From a virus (taxonomy: Duplodnaviria; Caudoviricetes), in the IMG/VR virus record IMGVR_UViG_3300036860_000191, positions 1 through 26,227 of that record: 26,227 nucleotides of DNA. One strand, given 5' to 3'. The notes under the pieces were generated by a model. That model did not search any database, was not told the origin of the DNA, and worked only from the letters and a program-made list of their open reading frames with translations. The position numbers and the translations under genes were made by a program. Position 1 is the stretch's first letter, and every line of letters begins with the position of its first letter. Below, in pieces: positions 15,925 to 25,891 of this stretch.

Positions 15925-16113
15925 ATGCCACATGATAGAGATGGTAAAATATTAAATGTTGGTGATCGTATTAATATACCTTGTAATATTAAATCAATTA
16001 CAACTAGTGAGGAATTGTGTAATGTAACGGTAGAAACTGCACAACCTATGTTTCCAGAAACGTATAGAACAACTCTCGTATTGAATAGTAAACAAGTAGT
16101 TAAGGTAGAGTAA
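15925..16113 (+). CDS. Small SH3/KOW-like protein, 62 aa
   Basis: GAGGT RBS. DRDGKILNVGDRI is a typical small beta-barrel opening motif. Confidence 0.65.
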   Translation: MPHDRDGKILNVGDRINIPCNIKSITTSEELCNVTVETAQPMFPETYRTTLVLNSKQVVKVE

Positions 16114-16124
16114 GAGTAAGAAAA

Positions 16125-16802
16125 ATGCCAACAGGTACTGTAATAGCTGATGAAGCAAGAAGTAACCATTTGAATGATACGGCTGCGGCTGTTTTTACTA
16201 ATGCAGCTTTATTGCCAATCATCAATGCAAAATATAGAGATTTACAGGATATGCTGGTTGAGAATGATGTACCAGTTTTTACTGAAAAGAATACTGTTAT
16301 AACAGTACCTGCTTTAGCAGTATCCATACCTCCAGGAGGAGGAGCTGGACAATTACCTACTAATTTTGTTGAACCCATAAAATTATATGAAAGGGCTGTT
16401 GGTCAAGGGGAAGATCAATGGGTTCCTATGAGTGAGAAGCAATTTGAACCCAATGCATTGAAGGATACTATGCTCTTATATTGGGTTTATAGAGAGGAAG
16501 AAATTAAGTTGGTTGGAGCAACATCTATAAGGGAAGTATTGCTATGGTATGTTAAATCATTAGCAGCGTTGGCTGCAATTACGGATAACGTTGCTATTGG
16601 GAATTCTCAGACATATATGGCAGCTGCGGTTGCTGCTCAGGCAGCTTTAACAATTGGACATAATCCATCCCTCGCTGCTAACTTGCAGCTGTTAGCTAAT
16701 AAGCATTGGGAATCACTATTGAATCGTGCTACTAGAAAGAATCAAAGTTTGGTAATAAGAAAAAAGGGTTGGCGTCGTCCAAGACGTATTCTTGTTGGAT
16801 AG
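16125..16802 (+). CDS. Probable head-tail adaptor (P22 gp4/T7 gp11 analogue)
   Basis: 225 aa with two N-terminal helices, a beta middle, a C-terminal helix pair and a basic tail. Upstream of the nozzle-like gene. Confidence 0.65.
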   Translation: MPTGTVIADEARSNHLNDTAAAVFTNAALLPIINAKYRDLQDMLVENDVPVFTEKNTVITVPALAVSIPPGGGAGQLPTNFVEPIKLYERAVGQGEDQWVPMSEKQFEPNALKDTMLLYWVYREEEIKLVGATSIREVLLWYVKSLAALAAITDNVAIGNSQTYMAAAVAAQAALTIGHNPSLAANLQLLANKHWESLLNRATRKNQSLVIRKKGWRRPRRILVG

Positions 16803-16835
16803 GAATAGCTTTATCCACCTAAAAGGAGGTGTGAG

Positions 16836-17168
16836 ATGGCTGTTACAAGTACAAAAGATTTCATGGGTAGGTTAAACAATGCAATTCTGGGAATTGGTAC
16901 ACTTACATTCACAGGTAACTATGAAGCTGGTGGGCCGAGTTTAGATTTCCAAACTGTTTTTGGTGTAACTACCAAGCAACCAAGGAAGGTAATTATTGTT
17001 GGGAAAGCTGGATATGCTTATCGCTATGATCTAGCTAACAAGAAGGTATTGGTTCTATATTATGATTATAACAATGCTGCCGATGGTCCAGCTATTGAAT
17101 TACCTGTTGCAGCTTATCCTGCTGGAATAGGTACTGATGTAATTGATGCTTGGGTGCTTTTTGGATAA
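16836..17168 (+). CDS. Probable virion structural protein, 110 aa
   Basis: Perfect AAGGAGGTG RBS. Beta-rich (TFTGNYEAGG, GYAYRYD). Confidence 0.75.
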   Translation: MAVTSTKDFMGRLNNAILGIGTLTFTGNYEAGGPSLDFQTVFGVTTKQPRKVIIVGKAGYAYRYDLANKKVLVLYYDYNNAADGPAIELPVAAYPAGIGTDVIDAWVLFG

Positions 17169-17178
17169 AGTATATATC

Positions 17179-17355
17179 GTGAATATCTCTAATGTAATGA
17201 TAAGCGGATTCTCTCCCAGAAGTATTACTCAAGTAGATAGTATTGATACGGCGAAGAAGGTTGCTGAAGAATCTGGTTATAGGTTGAAAGTAAGTGTTGG
17301 TGAGAGTCCTGTATTGTCATTGAATGAGGATGATGAGCAGTATCTGAAACTTTAA
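17179..17355 (+). CDS. Hypothetical protein, about 58 aa (start uncertain)
   Basis: Open frame filling the gap between 17168 and 17363. Weak RBS. Confidence 0.45.
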   Translation: MNISNVMISGFSPRSITQVDSIDTAKKVAEESGYRLKVSVGESPVLSLNEDDEQYLKL

Positions 17356-17362
17356 AAATTTT

Positions 17363-19294
17363 ATGTCAAAAAGGGATCATCCAGCTATAGTTTTAGATAT
17401 TATAAAAGGATTGTTTGCTAGACGTGGGGTATTATTACCTCCAAATGGTTATTTAGTAGATGCTACAAATTTACAGTTTAATCCTTTGCCCACAGGGGTG
17501 GAAAGTATATTTACTAATCAAATATTGAGAAGTAGGGAGTCATTTATACTTGAAGCTACACTAACCGGTGCTTTAACAGGTTATAGAAAATTTCATTTTT
17601 ATAACGGCAGGATACTCTATTCAATTGACAGTGGTATACTAAAAGATTTTACAGCTGGTACAACTATTGCAACAACAGGAGGAGCAGGATCACATCATAG
17701 AGGTTTAACCTTAAATGGTAGATTTTATTTCACTCCGGTAACTACAGGAGGAGGTTATACAGGCAGTTCTGGTGAATTTATATATGTATATGATCCATCC
17801 CTATCAGCAACCGCACGTAAAATAGCTGGTACTAAACCTGGTGCTGGAATGTTAGCCGCGGCTGGAGCGGCAGGAGTTATTGAGCCTGGAAAGCATGTTT
17901 ATGCGGTATCATTTATCACAAACACTGGCTTCATTACAAAACCAGGTTCCCATGTTGCACTTGTAACAGCCGCGGCATCAACAAAAACAGCGTTAACAGT
18001 AATACCAACAGGAGGATCTTTTGTAGTTAAAAGAAGATTATGGATGAGTAAGGTTGTTAGAGAACATGATGGAAATCTAACTACTGTACCATTGTTCTTC
18101 ATTGGTGATATTAATGATAATGTAACAACAACTGCAACTTTAGATGCTTACGATTCTCAGCTTATATCAAGCGCAGATCCATATATGGATTTGTTGGAGG
18201 AAGTACCAGCTGGTGCATTTTTGACTATGTTTGATGATAGACTAGTCTCATGTGGTGAATCAGCTAATCCATATATCGTTAGAATTTCAAATCAGAATGA
18301 ACCAGAGGCTTTTGACTCAGTCGATGGTCTAAGAGAGATTAATAAATATGATAATGCAGCATTTGGTGGTGTAACCACTACTAGATCATTGAGAGGTAAC
18401 TTACATTGTTGGAAGGTTGATAGAACTTATGTACTTAAGCCAAATGGATTAATACCAGCTGAGTGGGAAATAGAGATAATTGATACAACTCTAGGGGCAT
18501 CACCGGAATCAATAAGTGAAATTCTTGGTGATTCTAATCCATATAATGATTTACTCTTAGTAGGTAATCCTAGTGGATTATATTTATATGATGGTGGTTA
18601 TACAAATCAATTATTTCCATTGAGTTATAATATTGAACCATTGTGGAGAAGTAATGCGAGAGATCCATTGGATTATAATACAGGTATGAAAATAAGAATT
18701 GATCCACAGAATTTTAGATTGTATGCTATTATGCCGCAATATCTACATAGTTCTGCGGAGTCTGGTATTTTTTATGGTGATTTTTCTGATGGTTTATCAT
18801 ATGACAAAATTAAATGGTCTATATGGACTCCTTCTTTTATTGACATACATGTGTATAATCCTCTTTCAGGAATTGCATCACCAACATTATATGCATTGAA
18901 ATTCACTGGTGGTAAATTAGTAAAATTAGACCAGGGTACAATAGGTGAAGGTGAAGATTGGGATGCTACTAGACCAGCTATTCGCGCGTCTTTTATTACG
19001 TGTAATAAAGAGTTAGATATAATTCATTGTGCTGGCGTTCGTGGATGGCTTGTTGGTGATGGTGTTAATAATAATTATAATTTTGGTGTAAAATCCTATT
19101 TCAATGGTGTAGCGACTCCTAATCTATTATCCATCATACTACCTACACCTATGAGAATGATAGAAAAATTATTTAACGTTCAAGGTCATATGCTTGAAAT
19201 ATCAGTTGAGAAGGCATCAGGTGTTAAAGGTTATATGAGTTTAGGTGCATTGATGGCATATGTTAAGTCAGTATATCAGGAGCAACCAATGTGA
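17363..19294 (+). CDS. Probable tail nozzle/hub protein (P22 gp10/T7 gp12 analogue)
   Basis: 643 aa, beta-propeller-like (FDDRLVSCG, VRISNQNEPEAF, SPESI), with an inserted Ig/FN3-like segment. Located after the adaptor. Confidence 0.7.
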   Translation: MSKRDHPAIVLDIIKGLFARRGVLLPPNGYLVDATNLQFNPLPTGVESIFTNQILRSRESFILEATLTGALTGYRKFHFYNGRILYSIDSGILKDFTAGTTIATTGGAGSHHRGLTLNGRFYFTPVTTGGGYTGSSGEFIYVYDPSLSATARKIAGTKPGAGMLAAAGAAGVIEPGKHVYAVSFITNTGFITKPGSHVALVTAAASTKTALTVIPTGGSFVVKRRLWMSKVVREHDGNLTTVPLFFIGDINDNVTTTATLDAYDSQLISSADPYMDLLEEVPAGAFLTMFDDRLVSCGESANPYIVRISNQNEPEAFDSVDGLREINKYDNAAFGGVTTTRSLRGNLHCWKVDRTYVLKPNGLIPAEWEIEIIDTTLGASPESISEILGDSNPYNDLLLVGNPSGLYLYDGGYTNQLFPLSYNIEPLWRSNARDPLDYNTGMKIRIDPQNFRLYAIMPQYLHSSAESGIFYGDFSDGLSYDKIKWSIWTPSFIDIHVYNPLSGIASPTLYALKFTGGKLVKLDQGTIGEGEDWDATRPAIRASFITCNKELDIIHCAGVRGWLVGDGVNNNYNFGVKSYFNGVATPNLLSIILPTPMRMIEKLFNVQGHMLEISVEKASGVKGYMSLGALMAYVKSVYQEQPM

Positions 19295-19944
19295 GAGCTA
19301 CATTTACTCCCAATCCAATTATAAATGCTAAGTCTCTTACTGATTTAGTTACACATATACAGAAATCAGATGCTAAATTATACAATGCTTTAGCAAAGGG
19401 ATGGATAAATATTGATCGAGCTTATGGATTAATTAAGAGTCATGAAGATCGCCTCATTCTTCTTGAGAAAACCAAAAAGGCTTGTTCAATATACAATGAT
19501 GCCAACATAGCAACGGTAACTGCTGTAACAAAAACATTAACTTTCAACTCTGAGGATTATGATAATGATGATATGCATGATGCTGTTAATACTAGTAGAA
19601 TTACAATAAAGACTCCAGGTTATTATGATTGTGGAATGAACGTAACATTTGCCTCAAATGCAACAGGATTTAGAGAAGCACGTATTACAGTTGTATTTAT
19701 CGGTGGTGGTACATTAGATATAGCAGCTATGAGGGTTCCGGCTGTTTCTGGATTTACAACGCTTCTTAATATTAGTCGTTCATGGCGATTAGATCAAGGT
19801 GATTATCTTGAATTCAAAGTGCAACAAAACTCTACTGTTGGATTGGATGTAGTTGCAACAGCAAGAGTTGGTATAAGTGCATGGGCAGTTATGGATGAGA
19901 GAAGATGGAATCCAGAGGACTTACCTAATAGATATGAGGAATAG
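19291..19944 (+). CDS. Short fibre/spike with a coiled coil and a C1q/TNF-like head
   Basis: IKSHEDRLILLEK coil, then LTFNSEDYD...SRITIKTPGYY...LDQGDYLEFKV, matching the C1q-like jelly-roll pattern. Confidence 0.65.
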   Translation: MRATFTPNPIINAKSLTDLVTHIQKSDAKLYNALAKGWINIDRAYGLIKSHEDRLILLEKTKKACSIYNDANIATVTAVTKTLTFNSEDYDNDDMHDAVNTSRITIKTPGYYDCGMNVTFASNATGFREARITVVFIGGGTLDIAAMRVPAVSGFTTLLNISRSWRLDQGDYLEFKVQQNSTVGLDVVATARVGISAWAVMDERRWNPEDLPNRYEE

Positions 19945-19971
19945 TCTTACTTAAAGGTGAGGAGTAAGAGA

Positions 19972-20847
19972 GTGCCAAGAAGAGATGATGAAGTTATAGA
20001 TTGGGAAAGACGGAGAAGGAATCGTAATGGTCCTACAAGTGAATTACCTAACCCAGGTAATGTAGATCCACGAAGTATGCCAGATTATAAACCTCCCATT
20101 CCTACCATTCCAGGAGAGGAAGTGGTTGATGATTATCGTACACGTAAGCAGAAATATCAAGAATCATTGGGAGTAGGAGGAAGGAAAGCATTTAGGAAGG
20201 GATTGAACGAAAATTGGGATAGAATTGCTCGTGCTTATTTATCTGGTACACCATTAGAAGACTTAATTGAACGATATGGAGAAGGTGGTGGACCAAGGGA
20301 AGGGAGAAATAGTGTTGCATGGGATCAATGGACTTCAGGTAATAACCCTGGATTACAAAGAGCTATTCGAAATAAGGATATGTTTCAGGGTGCCATAAGT
20401 AGAGGAAGAGTTAAAGAATGGCCTCCTGGGAGTGGAAGATATTATGGACAATGGTTTGGTAATAAGCCACAATGGTTTGATTCTCTAGGAAATGTTATTG
20501 GTGATGGAGGAGAACCACCACCTATGACAAATCCAACAGCACCAACCGCGGCTCCAATTAATCCAGGAGATATTACTTCTGGGGGAGTTACTTATAATCC
20601 TGGAACAAGACCACCTCCAAACCCTGTTGGTCCTCCAGTTGGAACTAATGTAGCACAACCTCCATCTTATATGACTGGTTCCCCTGCTATGCAGCCTCAT
20701 CCAGCACCTTGGTATTCTAATCAATCGCAACCTATGAAACAACAACCATCTGTACAAAGAAGCCCATATAGTATGCAATATAATACATCTTCTCCCAATG
20801 CCAGAGGTATGCAACAAAGAAGGAGAATGCCATGGACGTTATCTTAA
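19972..20847 (+). CDS. Arg- and Pro/Gln-rich protein, possible internal virion protein
   Basis: AGGAG at 19960-19964 favours GTG 19972. Termini are largely disordered. Confidence 0.7.
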   Translation: MPRRDDEVIDWERRRRNRNGPTSELPNPGNVDPRSMPDYKPPIPTIPGEEVVDDYRTRKQKYQESLGVGGRKAFRKGLNENWDRIARAYLSGTPLEDLIERYGEGGGPREGRNSVAWDQWTSGNNPGLQRAIRNKDMFQGAISRGRVKEWPPGSGRYYGQWFGNKPQWFDSLGNVIGDGGEPPPMTNPTAPTAAPINPGDITSGGVTYNPGTRPPPNPVGPPVGTNVAQPPSYMTGSPAMQPHPAPWYSNQSQPMKQQPSVQRSPYSMQYNTSSPNARGMQQRRRMPWTLS

Positions 20848-21236
20848 AACCTTATGATTTAACTGATCTTCTTGATCATTTTATCCCACTTCATAAGAAA
20901 TATTATACCGATGATTATCCATTACCAATTATGAACAACATAGTTGATGCAAGAATATTGAAGAATGGAAATGGAGCCTCCGCGGTTGGAGTTATTAAAG
21001 TGTTTATGGAGTTAATACTTGCGATGGATTTGGATGCTATGAGGGTTAAGAGGGTTAAGAATGTTGACTCTCTCATTAAAGAACTTGTATTAATCGCTAA
21101 GGATAAGGGTATTGAACAGATTCATGCCTTCCCGAATGAGTCTTTTGCGGAATATTTGGTTAAACATTATGGCTTTGAAAAATGTCCTGGAGTACCAATT
21201 GTATTAAACCTCAATGGAGGTAATGTGAATGGCTAA
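20832..21236 (+). CDS. GNAT-fold protein of the internal-virion module
   Basis: LVLIAKDKGIEQIHAF...FAEYLVKHYGFEK matches the C-terminal GNAT motif B pattern. Its position before the ejection genes is common in podoviruses. Confidence 0.65.
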   Translation: MDVILKPYDLTDLLDHFIPLHKKYYTDDYPLPIMNNIVDARILKNGNGASAVGVIKVFMELILAMDLDAMRVKRVKNVDSLIKELVLIAKDKGIEQIHAFPNESFAEYLVKHYGFEKCPGVPIVLNLNGGNVNG

Positions 21237-22245
21237 AGGGGCTGCTAAACAAATTAATAGAGACGCTACGAATGAAAGTAATCGTATTAATAAGGAGTCT
21301 TCTGATTATTTTAATCTGCTATCAGGTAGAATGGGTCCAGCCCAACAAAGAGCAGATGAATCATATGGAGATATTTATGGAGGATTTAAAAAGTTCTTAG
21401 ATCCTTCTTATGCATCTGGATCACCTGGGTTTGGTGAATATGAAGGAATGTTTAAGAATTTGTATAATACAGGCGGATTGGATGCTGAAAACATAGACAG
21501 GATAAGGGGTAAAGGTGGATTTGATGAATTCGCAAAAACTGGAGGCTACTCTACAGGAGATATTTCTAATATTAGAAGCCGTTCCAACAGGAGTATTCCA
21601 AGTTTCTTTGATGCATTAAGAGCTAAGATGGGAGATCAAGCCTTAATAAGTGGAACTCCAGCTTCCTATACATCTTCATTATCCAGGATGAGTAGAGATC
21701 AAGCTAGACAATCTGCTGATATGGCTTTGGATACTGAACTTGGAATTAAGGATAGAGTTAATGAAGGGAGGAGATATGGTATATCTGGAATGAGTGGGGC
21801 TGAACAAGGATTAGCTGAATTGTTAAGCCGGAATAAGATTGCTGGTGCAGAAGGTGGATTAAGAGCGGCTGGAATGGGTGCTCAGTTTGGAGAGAATAGA
21901 GATAAAAATATATTAGCCGCGCTTGGTGGAATGGGTGATCTAAGAGGACAAGTACCAGGGGAAGAGTTTAACCTATATAAAATGATGTTGGAGAATATGG
22001 GTCAACGCGGTGGTTTGTATAATGCAAACTTAGGTAATAGAATGCAATATAATCCTAATAAGAGTTTTATGGATTACGTTGGACAAATAGCTAAGATTGT
22101 TGGTCCAATTGCTGCAACAGTATTAACTGGAGGAGCAGCAGCACCATCATTAGCATTGATGGGTTCTGGTGGTGGTCAACCAGGATTCACACCAACAACT
22201 TATACACCAGGAGGAGCAGCTTCTGGTGAATATGTTGAAGTTTAA
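21229..22245 (+). CDS. Probable DNA ejection (pilot) protein
   Basis: G/A/M/Q-rich helical protein with a C-terminal Gly-rich hydrophobic segment (IVGPIAATVLTGGAAAPSLALMG). Confidence 0.65.
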   Translation: MAKGAAKQINRDATNESNRINKESSDYFNLLSGRMGPAQQRADESYGDIYGGFKKFLDPSYASGSPGFGEYEGMFKNLYNTGGLDAENIDRIRGKGGFDEFAKTGGYSTGDISNIRSRSNRSIPSFFDALRAKMGDQALISGTPASYTSSLSRMSRDQARQSADMALDTELGIKDRVNEGRRYGISGMSGAEQGLAELLSRNKIAGAEGGLRAAGMGAQFGENRDKNILAALGGMGDLRGQVPGEEFNLYKMMLENMGQRGGLYNANLGNRMQYNPNKSFMDYVGQIAKIVGPIAATVLTGGAAAPSLALMGSGGGQPGFTPTTYTPGGAASGEYVEV

Positions 22246-22247
22246 TC

Positions 22248-23228
22248 ATGCCAAACATTAATTTTCCATTCTCAGGTATGGCTTACGAAGAAGAGGAAGA
22301 GGAAAATCCTTATTCCTATTTGGAGAATTTAGCAGATATGGGAGAACCTGAAGTTGATATGCAAACTCCTGTACAGGATAAGTTTATGCAATTTATACAG
22401 GGAGTTCCGAAGAGAGCTGATTATCACCCTAAATTTAAAAATAGAATATTGCCTGCATTGGTAGCTGGATTAGGTGGTGCTGCAGAAGGAATGAAATATG
22501 GTGTTGGTCTTGGGCAGGAAATGTTAGATAGACCTTATAATAGAGCAATGGAAGAATTTCAAACAACCGCAGCAACATATAAACCAGCTCTAGCTGCTGA
22601 GAGAGGTGGTATTGAAAGTAAGAGGAAGATTATTAAGGATATGATTGATAAGCAAAAGTCAACTCGGAACTTCTTATTAAATATGGAGAAAGCTGCAACT
22701 GCACATGAAGATAAATTGAAGTCTATTGAGGCTATGAAGGATAAAGAAGAAGCTAAGAGATTGTTGGCTGAGGAAAAAATGAAATGGTCTCAATATACTT
22801 TTGGTGAGGTACAAAAAATTAGACAAGCCAATCTTGGATTGAAACAACAAGGTCTTAACTTAGCAAAAGCAAGGGAAGGAAGATTAGCTGGAGGTGTAGA
22901 TAAACCTCTACCAGCTGCTGAACAAAAGAGTATTGCAGAGTTAGCTGCTTCTGAGGTTAGTAAGGATCCAAGATTTGAGAAGTTCTATTCTCCTGAGGAT
23001 AAAGCATTTGGTGATGAGATAACTGAAGGTAAGGAAACATATACAATAGATCCAGAAACTAAGAAAGCATTGAGTGCTGCCCTTGCTAAAGCTAAGAGTG
23101 ATATTGCTAGAAGAACAAGAAAATCTTATGAGAATATGCCTCAACCAAATTATCCAGGTGGAGGGTCTATCTCATCTGGCCTCGAACCATGGTATTCAGG
23201 TATATTTGATGATGAGGAGGAGGAATAA
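22248..23228 (+). CDS. Probable ejection protein, 326 aa
   Basis: Gly-rich hydrophobic patch (ILPALVAGLGGAA), long coiled coil and acidic termini. Confidence 0.65.
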   Translation: MPNINFPFSGMAYEEEEEENPYSYLENLADMGEPEVDMQTPVQDKFMQFIQGVPKRADYHPKFKNRILPALVAGLGGAAEGMKYGVGLGQEMLDRPYNRAMEEFQTTAATYKPALAAERGGIESKRKIIKDMIDKQKSTRNFLLNMEKAATAHEDKLKSIEAMKDKEEAKRLLAEEKMKWSQYTFGEVQKIRQANLGLKQQGLNLAKAREGRLAGGVDKPLPAAEQKSIAELAASEVSKDPRFEKFYSPEDKAFGDEITEGKETYTIDPETKKALSAALAKAKSDIARRTRKSYENMPQPNYPGGGSISSGLEPWYSGIFDDEEEE

Positions 23229-25891
23229 TGGGCAACTTCTTTGATGATTTAGCTAATTACTTCGAAGATACACCTGAGAAAGCTAAGAAATATCTTGATG
23301 ATCTTAAGGAGCAGAATAAATTTCTGATTGAACCAATACCTCAGCTTAAATCATTAGCAGAGAAGATTCCTGAGTTTCCATGGGAGAAGCATGTATCACC
23401 CTATACATTTCCTCTAACGAGTCCATTGGATGTCATTACTTCACCTAAAAAGTATTTTAAAGGTTTGGCTGAGAATATTACTCCACTGGATGTTGCAATT
23501 CCAGCTGCTTCAAAAATTGGTAAGATAGGAAAAGCAACAGTTGGAGCAATGAAAGAGGGAAGAGCTTTAGGTGGTATACCAGGTAAAGAAGATGATTTAG
23601 CTAAGGCTCTTCAACAATCTATTGATTTAGCTAAACAGATGAAGGAATCTGGCATAAAACAACCTCTTAAAGGAATGAGTGATCTTAAGAAGATGTTAGG
23701 TGGAATGCCATCAAGGGCTGAGGAAGCCGCGGTTAAAAAAGCAGCTTATGAGAAAACATTAACTCCAGAGGTAAAAGCTGTTAAAGATTTAGAGGGTAAA
23801 GGTGTTGAGTTAGGTCCAGATTATGTAAAAGATGTATTAAGCTATGGTAGGAAAGCGGTTGGTAAAGGGAAAGTCAATCCAGGACTTAATGTAATTGAAA
23901 GACCGAATGGAGAGGTTGTTTATAATTATTTTGATGAGGGTGGGAACTTAGTTGCTTCTGGAATGACTAAAGAAGGTAAGGTTAGAGATGTTGCGAAGTT
24001 TAGTAAAGCACTATCTAAAGAAGAGAGAAAAGGCATTGACAGGAGTATTTTAGCAAAAGAGAAGGAAGGAGTTAAGAGCATTTATGCTGAAATGCAGAAG
24101 AGAGGAAATGTATCTGACATAGAACATGCTACTCCGGCTGCTTTTAAAACATCCTCTGCTGTTAAGGAAGGAAGCGATTTCAGAGTCGGAGATTTATCTA
24201 CAGTTAAAGGTGAAAGAGGAGCAATCGGAAAATCAACACCTCCGCCTAAATATGATATTCCAGGGAGATTTAGAGTTAAGGATACAATAAATGGTAGGAA
24301 AATCAATTTTGCAACAGATTTCGACAAAGCTGCTTATCAATTAGCATTAGGCAAAAAACCCAATGATGATCTATTATTGGATCTAATCAACGCTACTAAA
24401 TCAAATAAAAATCCAGAAGGCCTACCTCCTAATATAATCTTAAAGCATGCGAGGAAGTTAAGAGCAAGAGCTAATAGTTTATCTAAGGCACTCCCAAAGG
24501 GTGATATCGATTTATCCATGCGTCACATGGGAACTAAGACTAAAGGAGTAAGTAAAGATACATGGTTTGACACTCTAATTGGTATGCCATCAGAATTTAA
24601 GTTCGGTGGAGATTTACCTTGGGGAAGGCAATCTTATCGTCCTAACATCTTACATCCTTTTAAGACTGGTTTTCCTGCCCTTAAATCATCTCTCAAATCG
24701 ATGACAGAGAAGGGATACAATGAAGCGTTAGGGGAAATTGGAGAAACTCCAGTTGGTACATTAATGGAGGCATTACATACCGCAGGAACTAAAGACTTAG
24801 AAAGCATACTACCAAACATTGGTAAGATGAAAGGATTAGCATATTCTGATATACCAGAATTCTTCTCCAAATCTACATTGGGTGAGAAGGTACCATTACT
24901 GGGTAAATATTATGTTAAGCCAAGCAAGAGAATGTATGATGCTGGTCAGAGAATGACTAGGGCTAAAGAACTTGAAAGGATTGCTGGAGGGGAAGAAGGT
25001 CTACTTAAAATGCTGCAGGATGAATCTAAGGGGAGTGAATTAGAGTCTATTATAAAAAGAGTGAATGAAGAAAGTGGTCATGGTAAGTTGCCGGGAGCTT
25101 TCGATAAAGCATTGGAAGCAATGTCATATGGATTTACCGCACCGAGAAATATGGTTGCAAAAGCACAATTCTATAATCCTCTCTCTTACATTCCTAAAAC
25201 TGGAGCAACACCATTTGGTAGATTTGAAGGAGCAGCTTATAAAGACTTCATGAAGGATCAAGCTAAGTGGTTAGCTATGATGGGGGGGACAATGTATGGT
25301 GCTGATAAGATGGGAGCAGATGTTGAACCTAATCCATTAGCATCTAATTTCGGTATTCGGTTTGGTGATTACAAACCCGATATATTTGGTGGTGAATTGG
25401 GTATTATGAAGACTATACCACGTATGTTTACTGATGAAAGAATTAGTTCTAAAGGAAAGGAATATCAGGGAGATCCATCTAATGATCTTATGAGATTTAT
25501 AAGGGGTAGGATTAGACCAGGATTACCAGCCATGACTTATGATGCTGCTTTTGGTTATGATCCAATGTCTCAAGAAAGAGTTAATTATATGGGAGAAAGT
25601 CTTGAGAAGCCATACATTAACGACCCATTACAGATTCCATATAGTAGATGGGCTGCACAACAAGCTACTCCATCTTGGCCTGGAGATATATATGAAGCCG
25701 CTACCAAAGAACCATTAGCAACTCCAGCCGCGGTGGTATTAGGAGGTTTGGGATTTGGTAGTTCAACGTATGATCCATTTGAAGAAAATCCTTATCGTCC
25801 AGCTAAACAATTTTATAAATTACCAGTAAAAGGTCGTCCTTCTCATCAAAGGAAATCCGGGAAGAGGATTACTGGTAATGTTATTCGTTAG
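23228..25891 (+). CDS. Large internal virion/ejection protein, 887 aa
   Basis: Last and largest gene of the operon. K/G/A-rich and apparently multi-domain, with Gly-rich hydrophobic patches near the C-terminus. Confidence 0.7.
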   Translation: MGNFFDDLANYFEDTPEKAKKYLDDLKEQNKFLIEPIPQLKSLAEKIPEFPWEKHVSPYTFPLTSPLDVITSPKKYFKGLAENITPLDVAIPAASKIGKIGKATVGAMKEGRALGGIPGKEDDLAKALQQSIDLAKQMKESGIKQPLKGMSDLKKMLGGMPSRAEEAAVKKAAYEKTLTPEVKAVKDLEGKGVELGPDYVKDVLSYGRKAVGKGKVNPGLNVIERPNGEVVYNYFDEGGNLVASGMTKEGKVRDVAKFSKALSKEERKGIDRSILAKEKEGVKSIYAEMQKRGNVSDIEHATPAAFKTSSAVKEGSDFRVGDLSTVKGERGAIGKSTPPPKYDIPGRFRVKDTINGRKINFATDFDKAAYQLALGKKPNDDLLLDLINATKSNKNPEGLPPNIILKHARKLRARANSLSKALPKGDIDLSMRHMGTKTKGVSKDTWFDTLIGMPSEFKFGGDLPWGRQSYRPNILHPFKTGFPALKSSLKSMTEKGYNEALGEIGETPVGTLMEALHTAGTKDLESILPNIGKMKGLAYSDIPEFFSKSTLGEKVPLLGKYYVKPSKRMYDAGQRMTRAKELERIAGGEEGLLKMLQDESKGSELESIIKRVNEESGHGKLPGAFDKALEAMSYGFTAPRNMVAKAQFYNPLSYIPKTGATPFGRFEGAAYKDFMKDQAKWLAMMGGTMYGADKMGADVEPNPLASNFGIRFGDYKPDIFGGELGIMKTIPRMFTDERISSKGKEYQGDPSNDLMRFIRGRIRPGLPAMTYDAAFGYDPMSQERVNYMGESLEKPYINDPLQIPYSRWAAQQATPSWPGDIYEAATKEPLATPAAVVLGGLGFGSSTYDPFEENPYRPAKQFYKLPVKGRPSHQRKSGKRITGNVIR

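Noticed and set aside
16796-16831. Competing hairpins TGGATA/TATCCA and CACCT/AGGTG over the RBS of the 16836 gene
   Set aside because: The stems are only 5-6 bp, too weak to distinguish from chance without covariation data.
2042-24870. Numerous short minus-strand ORFs inside structural genes
   Set aside because: They are fully nested antisense to long + strand genes, and their S/L/I/F-rich composition mirrors the sense codon bias.
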